From a virus, in IMG/VR virus record IMGVR_UViG_3300021597_000002, positions 1 through 64,000 of that record: 64,000 nt of DNA; one strand, given 5' to 3'. The notes under the pieces were generated by a model, which saw only the letters and a program-made list of their open reading frames with translations, was not told the origin of the DNA and did not search any database. Shown in pieces: positions 56,439-64,000 of this stretch (its first letter is position 1; each line of letters opens with the position of its first letter). The position numbers were made by a program, and so were the translations under genes.

Positions 56439-56855
56439 TTAAGCAATAGCATTGGCGACGGCGACTAATTCAAAGTCTTCGTCGATTAGGATGTAGCTGT
56501 CTATGGCGCCATCTTCAAACTCAATGACATGCGTATCATCTTCTAACGCTCCGATGTCTTGACGTTCGTCATGGTAAGCAAAGCCTGCGAGCAAAAGATA
56601 GGCAGGTTTTTCATAATGAATTTTCTCTAACCATTCAGCATCAATAAAATCAGACGATACCAGCTCTCGCTCAATAAGCATTTGTTTTATACCCCACCAA
56701 TAGATGCCATATGCACGGTACCAAAGTGGATTTTTACGCAGCATCTTTGCTACAGCTGAAAGAAAGATTTCCATCCACTGTTCTTCAGTCTGCCCTTCCG
56801 TTGCTTCATCATAAAGAGGCTGAAGTTCTGCTTGTGTTGGGATTTTTATTTTCAT
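56439..56855 (-). CDS. ulx: Ulx-like protein (P1 Dar antirestriction accessory)
   Basis: GxTEE...LxKNPxxYRxYGxYWxxIK motif as recalled; directly after darB as in P1. Confidence 0.75.
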   Translation of the reverse strand: MKIKIPTQAELQPLYDEATEGQTEEQWMEIFLSAVAKMLRKNPLWYRAYGIYWWGIKQMLIERELVSSDFIDAEWLEKIHYEKPAYLLLAGFAYHDERQDIGALEDDTHVIEFEDGAIDSYILIDEDFELVAVANAIA

Positions 56856-56942
56856 GGTCGTAATTCCTTGCCATAGGGTACCTACAATATAGCAGATACC
56901 CTACAAGTGTTAAATAAGTATTTATCTGATACCTGTTAGGTG

Positions 56943-59900
56943 TTAGGCGATAATCTCAAACACCTCCTTAACATCAACGCTCACAGGGAAATACCACCAG
57001 CTGCCATCCCAATCACCCTCTGCGGTACAGAACTTAGCACCAAAGCGGTTTTTAAGGATATCTTTAGCAGCAAACAGCTTACCGGCTTTACCATTTTCAT
57101 CTTTCAAGAAGAAATACTGAAATGCTGACAATGAACGAGCGCGGTATCGACCATTACGAGGAATAGAAACATCTTTGTAGTTATATCGTGCAGTCACACC
57201 GATATCTTCAAATCCTTTTTTCACTTCCGCTGGTAGCTCTTTAAAGGCTGGGTTCTTTTTTAGCTCTTCAAGTTCAGCGTCGGCAGCCTGACGTTTCGCG
57301 GTTTCTGCCTCATCAAGTAGCTTGTTTTCAAGTCCTGAAATGAACTCTCTCACCCAACGATTAATTTCCATTCGGTTATCCCCAAGTTCTGCGGCTTTAT
57401 CTTCTGCAGATTCTTGGAAGTCCTGACGAGCCAGACGATATGCTTGGTGCTTAGCTATTGCTGCTGGCAGTCCTTTTAACGAAGAGGACAATTGAATGCC
57501 TTCTAAGAGCGTTGGTTGATAGTCCATCCAAGCCTTATCACACATTGCTAGGACATCGGCTTGTGAGGCTTTTTGTCCGTATTCCGCAATTTCTTGATCA
57601 TAAAAGTCACCAAAGAATGGTTTTACAACTTCTCGCCATGCATACATTGGCTTATCTTCTCTGCGAAGTTTTAAGTAATGCAATGCAATCTCACGCTTCA
57701 AAGCGTTGTCACTGACGTCAGGGTAAACCAACATTTCTGTTGGATGCTGATCTGCGCTGGCGAGAGTAAGCTCTCCATTGACTCGGAATAGGAAGTTACC
57801 GTAACCCTGCAGCTTGATGTCATCACGGTATTTTACAAACTGATCTTTTTTCAGTTTTGATAGCGTGTTGTAGGTATAAGTGATAGATAAAATCTGTTTC
57901 ACCCTTACCTCATCATCTGACAAAGAAACATGCTTTAATCCGTCTGGCATGGAGTCCAAATCCGCTTTCATGAACTCCCCATTGCGGCGCCCCCACCAAT
58001 AATAGGAAACATCCCCAACAGGCACAGAGTAATGCACTGAGCGTGAAGATTGTTCAACCTGTTCAATGCGAAGAATTGCCCCGAAATCCGTTTCAAAATA
58101 AGTGCCAACCGTAAGCACCGAACCGTCACGAGCAACAATGGCATTTTCAGGGTTTTCGATAATCGTACTGTCAAACGGAAGTTCGCCAGCACTCGCTTTT
58201 TGTTTTAGGAACGTCATCCGTTGTGATAGTCGAGATTCAAGCTTGGCTTTATCTTCTTCCCATTTCGCATCATGATCTTGAAGGGATTTGTTAATTCGAG
58301 CCAATGCTTGTTCTGCTTTGCTACTATCTTCTCCTTTTTCTTTAATGCGAGAAAGCGATGCTTGAGCTTTGTCTTTACGCTCAACCAGTCGATTGTAGTC
58401 TTCAGCCTTATCCGCTTCCCAGCTGGCTAACTGACTGCGTAAGCCAATTACTTGAGACAGGTCTACAGCGCATTTCAAATCAGACTTACGCTTACGCTCT
58501 GCTTGTTTTTGGGCTAAGCGTTCCATCCGTTTAGCTTTGGCTGCTTCAGGATCGGCTTCAAACATGTCTAGGTAGTCATCGTTATCTATCGCATTGCCAT
58601 TGACTGCTTCTGATTCTGTTCCGTTGAACAAATCTCGCATCCAACTCTTTTTCTTATTGAGTAGATCAAGGCGGTAGCCATCAAACGAGCCTTTACCAAG
58701 GTAGTAGTACAGGCTTACTTTTGATGCTGTATTCCCTTGTCTTACCCCTCGTCCATTGCGTTGCTGAATAGAGGCAGGTGTCCATGGCAATGTTAGATGG
58801 TGAATTGCACTGGTCCCTTTTTGTAGGTTTACACCAACTTCAGCTTTTTTGTTACAGATAACGATTTTAATATCACCGGCATTGTAAGCATCAGCAATTC
58901 GTTGAAGCTTTGCCCCTGCGGCATCAGAGCCATTGATAATGCCGATCTGCTTTTCATCCAGACCAAGCTGGTTAACGATGATTCGCTTTAACTTATGGTG
59001 CTGAGTTTTTTCCTCGGTAAAGATAATTTGCTTACCTTTAACTTCTAACTCCGCTTTTAAGTTAGCGACCAGCTTCGCATACTTAGGCGTTAATGGATGG
59101 CTTACGTCGGCAGGCTTGATAGCCGCATCATTTAAACGGTCAAGTACAGCCTGTTCGTACACATCAGGAACCACCAGCACAATAGAGTCGGACTCGTCCT
59201 TTCGTTGATAATCCAGCTCAATAGAGACTTTACGTTTAACCTCTTCGCCATCTTCAGTTTGTTCGATGCGCTCTGCTTCGATAGATGCAGGAAGGGCAGC
59301 GATAAGCTGATCAACCGCTTTGGCTTTTGACGCTGGGAAAGTAAAGGTCATGGCCTGGTTGAACAGATCCATGTCTGTTGTCACCTTATCCATGTCTCGC
59401 ATAACAGCGAATAGAGCGCGAGCATTCGCACTACGCTGGCGAGCCGGCTTGCTGGCTTCTTTTGCTTCTTCACGTAATGACTCATATGCCGATTCTTGAT
59501 CTGCGGTCATGTCGACACTTTCATGAGTTTCTGGGGCATCTGGTAGCGCTAAGCTTACGTCTTCTGCGTTACGCATTAAGGTGTAACGGTGGAATAGGTT
59601 TCGTAATCCATCTAAGTTTTGGAAGCCGACTAATCCATCCTTTTGTACGATTTCACCTTTTACCGTCATTTTCTCAACGGTTTCAACCTTGCCGAACACA
59701 CGAACAAAATCATCTGCAGTATAAACACCAAACTTTTCAAACTCTTCAACGGGTAATACCAGAGAAAGCATATTGAAAATCTCAAGGGGAGAGTTGGTTA
59801 CTGGTGTCGCAGATAAAAGAACAGGTCCACGACCTTCGTTTTGATCACGTAGATATGCCATCTTCATTGCCATGTCGATAGCACGTTGTGATTCAGTCGG

Positions 59901-62900
59901 GTTTGGCAAGTATGCAATATTTGCCGTTTTGTCACCGGCTTTAAAACTGTTCTTAAATGCATGTGCTTCATCAATGATCACTGATTGGAAGCCCATATCT
60001 TCAAAATATGGGTACTCACCTTTCTTGTGACCGCCGTCTTCAAGGAAGCGTTGTTGCAAGGCTTCACGACGAACCGCTTCTTTATAGCTGATCTTGTCTT
60101 TGCCCTTACCAAGACTGAAGTCATCACCAGCGACCGTACTTGCTGCCATCTGGTCCGAAATTAGCGATTTCTCTACCCACTTGTCGGCATACTTATGCTT
60201 GTTGACTGGACGCATTTGAATTTCTTTATACTTTTCAAATGTCATGACAACTAACGATTTTGAGGTCTGGGGAATTTGGTGCATCTTGTCAAAGACTTCT
60301 TCGGCAGATTCTTTGATTAGGATGTCTTGATATTCGACGTCACCTGTATGCTTGTTTTTCTTTGGGTTTCCTTTCTCATCTTTTACGGCTTCACGCTGAA
60401 TTTGCCCGTCTTTGTCTAACTTTGGTTTAAATCCGACAAACAGCGCATTATCCAGATTGCCATGAAACATCTTCGCTTCGTGGTACCAGTTCGCTAAAAC
60501 AGAGTTAGGCACGACAATTAAGGTTTTATTGGCTCGCCCCATTTGCTTGTTGTAAGCCGCAAGCGCTAAGGCGCTAAATGTCTTACCAAGACCAACATCA
60601 AACCCAAGAATACCAGAGCCATCTTCTGACAAGCGGCGTACAGCGGAACATTGGTAGCCATGAGGTTTAACCATGGCGCTAACACCTTCTAAACCTAAAT
60701 CGGCATCAGAATGTTCAAATGGGATGTAAGAGTTAAACTTCTGGTTGTACAGCTCCGCCAGATCATCAATATCTTTGTGCTGCTGCATCCATAAGCGGAA
60801 CTCTTCATCCAAACGCGCAACGCGCTCTTTGTACTCTTCGATATACTCTTGTTTTGAGCTAGTGACGTTGCCGCCATTTAGCCAGCTATTAAGCTGCTTA
60901 TTGAAGCCTTGATTGTCTTCATAACCAACAAACTCACCAAATGGAGAGCTGGTATCACGCACTTTCACGTTTTCAACAAAACTGCCGCCAGTGTCATCGT
61001 CCGTCGCAACCTGCTTTTTATCGACGAGGTAATCTAAGTTTGAGTACCCTTTCTCATGCATAAATTCCAACACATACTGGCGGTCAATCCACTTGTGGCG
61101 CATTGAAAATGCGATATTTTCCGGCTGCGTTTTGTATCGGCGCTGCTCTATTTCTTCCAGTTGCTGCTGGTACTTGGCTTTAAGCTTTGGATCGGTTTCG
61201 ACATTGAGTGCATGACTAAGAGTAAGCACTTTTTGGTAAACATCGCCGGAGCAAAAGCGGCTCATTGGCATAACCAGACCATCGGGGTGAATAGCGAGGT
61301 TTTTATCATCTGCCAAGTCAGACAATGATTGAATTGGGGTCTTGCCTTTATAGAGTTGCTGAATGTCTTCTAGCGTAATGTGCATCATGCCTTCACGTAG
61401 ATACAGATGTTCCACAATTGCATGTGGATTTGTATCATCAAACGCCAGACCTTTTGTGCTGACTTCACCAGTTAATAAGGTTGAATAATCACCATTTTCG
61501 TCCATAGCATTAGAAAAAACGCCAAAATAGCGAGAGCGTTCACCTGCTAGAATCAGCCCCTTGTTCTGTTTAGGGTGTCCATACTTGTTGATTTCGTTTG
61601 CCACCAGCTCTTGCAAACGCATTTGTTCAGTGGCATTCCAATTACCCTGATTAGTATCATTTTGGAAGCGAGCTAGATCAGCACCGATTAATGAACCTCG
61701 GAAGATTTGCTCTCGATACTCATCGCTTGGTTGCGTCATGGCAAATTCAATAGCTTGCTTTTGAGGCTTAGAAAACAAATGTCCCCATGCTTTCATTGCA
61801 GCAAATGCCTGCTTCACTGAGAGCGACATTAAACCATGATTACTTTCAAGTAGCCCCTGAAGTGCCTCCAAAGACGCCACACCGTATTTACTTTCATCAA
61901 TATCAGTGGTCGTTTGTAATGCATCAACAGGCTCCCAGTTGCCACGAGTGAACTCATACGTGCGCTCATCAATAACACGGCGATCACCTTCCACGTAGTT
62001 CTTAATGGCTGGCTCAGCTGTATCTAGGGCTTCCCAGTCAATGCGAGAATGGAATTTTGCCGCCAGCTTACGCTTGAGGGCGACATCTGTAACACTCGCA
62101 TCACGGATCACTTTGTCGTCGTCACGTACTTTACTGGCATCTTTTGGAACAAATTTCCCATGAATAAAAGGTTTACCGTCACGCTCCCACCACTTACCTT
62201 CTAAGAAAGTGTCCCATAGTACATTTGCCGCTTGTAACTGCTCCATTGGTAGTTGAGCGATTTTCTCTGCGGCATTCTTGGAGTGTTTACGTAAGACGAT
62301 AATATCTGTAACAACACCGGTACCTTGTTTGCCAAATGTTTTGCTTGGGAGCTTGTGAGCACCAAGGAACTCAGCTTTTTTGCTGATCTTGGCTCGCCAT
62401 TTTTGCCATGCTTTTCCACGTTCGCGCACAATATTCACAGGCACAACGAGAACAAGTAATCCACTAGGCTTTACTTTGTCGATAAGGCGGTTAATAAAGT
62501 AACGCTCAATGAGCTTTTCACTTTTATGATCAGGGTCATCGTGAGCAGACGCACCACGGGCACTGCCAAAAGGTATGTTGCCAATTACAGAATCAAAGTG
62601 GTTGTCAGGTGATTCAACCGCCATCTTTTCAAACGATTGATTGAAAACATTATCTTCAGGGTGAAGAATTTTATTCACGGCAGAACTGATCGGATCGATT
62701 TCCGTTGCTGTCATTTTAACGCCTTGATGCTTAGTGGCATTAAATACACCAGCGCCGGCAGATGGCTCTAACACGTTGCCGTTATCAAACCCATTCGCAC
62801 TCAACAGCTCCCAGCACCCTTCTGCAATGTAGGTCGGAGTGTAATATTCGTATTGGCTATTTTCACTCAGACCGCCACGCCCTGAGTACTGAACAAGCAG

Positions 62901-63989
62901 ATCATAATCTTCCGCTGTGAGCGTGCTTGTGTCCCAATTTGACGCTTTAATACGATCAACGATCGCTTTTACTTTGTTGTTGATCGCTTCTCGGGTTTTT
63001 ACGCCACTGGCTTTTAGACCAAACTCACGATCGCCAGCAAATGCGATAGGCTTGAATATCTGGTTGAAAGTAGCTTCTAACTCATTGATATCTTTAGCTG
63101 CCAATAGAGCTTGCACCTGTTCATCTGTCGCGCTATCAAGCACAGCATGGTCATGCACAAACTGTAATGGTAAGTCTAATTCCTCTCCATCAGCTTCAGC
63201 GATCGCTTTTTTGAAGTCTTCAATGCGCATTGTAGAGATCGGTCCCAAGAACAGATCAGAATCATACTGCTTTAGATAAGCGTCTCGGGCTTGCTCTTTG
63301 TTGTCAAAGCCTAGCATTACCTTGTCTTCGTCAAAGAACTCAGGACAAGCGCAGTCTTGAACGTGCTCCTTACATTGAGGGCAGTATTTTGATGACCATT
63401 GTTTGATTTTTTCGATCGCATGTTGCTTCACGATGTAAACGTGATCGGCTTTTCGGTTCGGACCTACATAACAATCAATACCTTCCTGATCGGTTCCTTT
63501 GGTCGATCTTATGTACCCGTAGTCATAATGCATTGACACTGCCCATTCGCTACCATCAGGGTCTAGACCTGAACGTTTAGTGCCTGCCTTGTTTTCAATG
63601 GAAATCGGTAAACCTTGGAACTGATAACGGTCCTGCAGCTTGAATGATTGTGGTTTGGTCGTGAAGGATGGTTCTTCATCTTCCGCGCTATCAAACACAA
63701 CATCACGGTGTGGGTACGGTTTTTGCTCACCTTCAATAAACGTAATAGAAAAACCTTGTTCAATCGCGGCTTTAGTGGTGAACGAGTAATGAGCACTCAT
63801 TGGTGCCATTTCTGGAAGCTGAGCAATTCGTCCGTCTGGGGTCATGCCATGAAAACGGATGAAATTTTTTATCATCGTCTGATCTTCGGCTGTGCCATCC
63901 ATTTCGACGGTTGCTTTTTGTTCCCAGTGAGAGTCAATCAGAATGGAAACTTCTGATTTAAAAGGGGTTGTTATTAAGAATCTGTACAT
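56943..63989 (-). CDS. darB: DarB-like giant polyvalent protein: pyrophosphatase-like domain, N6-adenine methyltransferase, SNF2 helicase
   Basis: ISIEN...YGYI...D..G.D...DEDKVMLGF; EYYTP, LEPSAGAG, GNIPFG; DVGLGKT, DEAH, LSATP, QRNGRGVRQGN. Confidence 0.9.
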   Translation of the reverse strand: MYRFLITTPFKSEVSILIDSHWEQKATVEMDGTAEDQTMIKNFIRFHGMTPDGRIAQLPEMAPMSAHYSFTTKAAIEQGFSITFIEGEQKPYPHRDVVFDSAEDEEPSFTTKPQSFKLQDRYQFQGLPISIENKAGTKRSGLDPDGSEWAVSMHYDYGYIRSTKGTDQEGIDCYVGPNRKADHVYIVKQHAIEKIKQWSSKYCPQCKEHVQDCACPEFFDEDKVMLGFDNKEQARDAYLKQYDSDLFLGPISTMRIEDFKKAIAEADGEELDLPLQFVHDHAVLDSATDEQVQALLAAKDINELEATFNQIFKPIAFAGDREFGLKASGVKTREAINNKVKAIVDRIKASNWDTSTLTAEDYDLLVQYSGRGGLSENSQYEYYTPTYIAEGCWELLSANGFDNGNVLEPSAGAGVFNATKHQGVKMTATEIDPISSAVNKILHPEDNVFNQSFEKMAVESPDNHFDSVIGNIPFGSARGASAHDDPDHKSEKLIERYFINRLIDKVKPSGLLVLVVPVNIVRERGKAWQKWRAKISKKAEFLGAHKLPSKTFGKQGTGVVTDIIVLRKHSKNAAEKIAQLPMEQLQAANVLWDTFLEGKWWERDGKPFIHGKFVPKDASKVRDDDKVIRDASVTDVALKRKLAAKFHSRIDWEALDTAEPAIKNYVEGDRRVIDERTYEFTRGNWEPVDALQTTTDIDESKYGVASLEALQGLLESNHGLMSLSVKQAFAAMKAWGHLFSKPQKQAIEFAMTQPSDEYREQIFRGSLIGADLARFQNDTNQGNWNATEQMRLQELVANEINKYGHPKQNKGLILAGERSRYFGVFSNAMDENGDYSTLLTGEVSTKGLAFDDTNPHAIVEHLYLREGMMHITLEDIQQLYKGKTPIQSLSDLADDKNLAIHPDGLVMPMSRFCSGDVYQKVLTLSHALNVETDPKLKAKYQQQLEEIEQRRYKTQPENIAFSMRHKWIDRQYVLEFMHEKGYSNLDYLVDKKQVATDDDTGGSFVENVKVRDTSSPFGEFVGYEDNQGFNKQLNSWLNGGNVTSSKQEYIEEYKERVARLDEEFRLWMQQHKDIDDLAELYNQKFNSYIPFEHSDADLGLEGVSAMVKPHGYQCSAVRRLSEDGSGILGFDVGLGKTFSALALAAYNKQMGRANKTLIVVPNSVLANWYHEAKMFHGNLDNALFVGFKPKLDKDGQIQREAVKDEKGNPKKNKHTGDVEYQDILIKESAEEVFDKMHQIPQTSKSLVVMTFEKYKEIQMRPVNKHKYADKWVEKSLISDQMAASTVAGDDFSLGKGKDKISYKEAVRREALQQRFLEDGGHKKGEYPYFEDMGFQSVIIDEAHAFKNSFKAGDKTANIAYLPNPTESQRAIDMAMKMAYLRDQNEGRGPVLLSATPVTNSPLEIFNMLSLVLPVEEFEKFGVYTADDFVRVFGKVETVEKMTVKGEIVQKDGLVGFQNLDGLRNLFHRYTLMRNAEDVSLALPDAPETHESVDMTADQESAYESLREEAKEASKPARQRSANARALFAVMRDMDKVTTDMDLFNQAMTFTFPASKAKAVDQLIAALPASIEAERIEQTEDGEEVKRKVSIELDYQRKDESDSIVLVVPDVYEQAVLDRLNDAAIKPADVSHPLTPKYAKLVANLKAELEVKGKQIIFTEEKTQHHKLKRIIVNQLGLDEKQIGIINGSDAAGAKLQRIADAYNAGDIKIVICNKKAEVGVNLQKGTSAIHHLTLPWTPASIQQRNGRGVRQGNTASKVSLYYYLGKGSFDGYRLDLLNKKKSWMRDLFNGTESEAVNGNAIDNDDYLDMFEADPEAAKAKRMERLAQKQAERKRKSDLKCAVDLSQVIGLRSQLASWEADKAEDYNRLVERKDKAQASLSRIKEKGEDSSKAEQALARINKSLQDHDAKWEEDKAKLESRLSQRMTFLKQKASAGELPFDSTIIENPENAIVARDGSVLTVGTYFETDFGAILRIEQVEQSSRSVHYSVPVGDVSYYWWGRRNGEFMKADLDSMPDGLKHVSLSDDEVRVKQILSITYTYNTLSKLKKDQFVKYRDDIKLQGYGNFLFRVNGELTLASADQHPTEMLVYPDVSDNALKREIALHYLKLRREDKPMYAWREVVKPFFGDFYDQEIAEYGQKASQADVLAMCDKAWMDYQPTLLEGIQLSSSLKGLPAAIAKHQAYRLARQDFQESAEDKAAELGDNRMEINRWVREFISGLENKLLDEAETAKRQAADAELEELKKNPAFKELPAEVKKGFEDIGVTARYNYKDVSIPRNGRYRARSLSAFQYFFLKDENGKAGKLFAAKDILKNRFGAKFCTAEGDWDGSWWYFPVSVDVKEVFEIIA

Positions 63990-64000
63990 TCAGCGTATGG

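Noticed and set aside
1-64000. tRNA genes, IS elements, and P1 c1/c4/ant immunity genes
   Set aside because: No cloverleaf, transposase or recognisable homologue was seen by eye. They may lie outside the window; tRNAscan and HMM searches would settle this.

Overview
The window is about 64 kb of a P1-like (myovirus-type) phage-plasmid, most likely from Vibrio. Its Cre-like recombinase and 34-bp lox site closely match VCre/VloxP of Vibrio plasmid p0908, as recalled from memory. It carries P1-type head, tail and baseplate genes, pacA/pacB with an internal GATC-rich pac site, a lysis cassette, darB-ulx-portal-protease, mazEF-dnaB, dam, rdgC and ndpA. It also has an AphA-like PadR regulator, three tyrosine recombinases, a ParA plus ribbon-helix-helix partition pair, and two separate iteron replicons (Rep_3-type and TrfA/RK2-type). 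Five patterns read directly from the DNA stand out. (1) A palindrome CAACA-N6-TGTTG lies 23 nt upstream of a -10-like hexamer at about 11 promoters, defining a candidate lytic activator regulon. (2) Two such promoters drive candidate non-coding RNAs downstream of the terminase, one with an anti-Shine-Dalgarno loop. (3) Seven dispersed arrays of 11-bp-phased tetramers are candidate centromere/operator sites. (4) Further operator families occur (CCTGTACATTGTACAGG and KorC-like TAGGNAC-N3-GTTCCTA). (5) A recurrent [VIL][LF]D-[SA] motif in head proteins also brackets the pyrophosphatase-like domain of DarB. All protein names come from motif recognition and P1 synteny; no database search was run.
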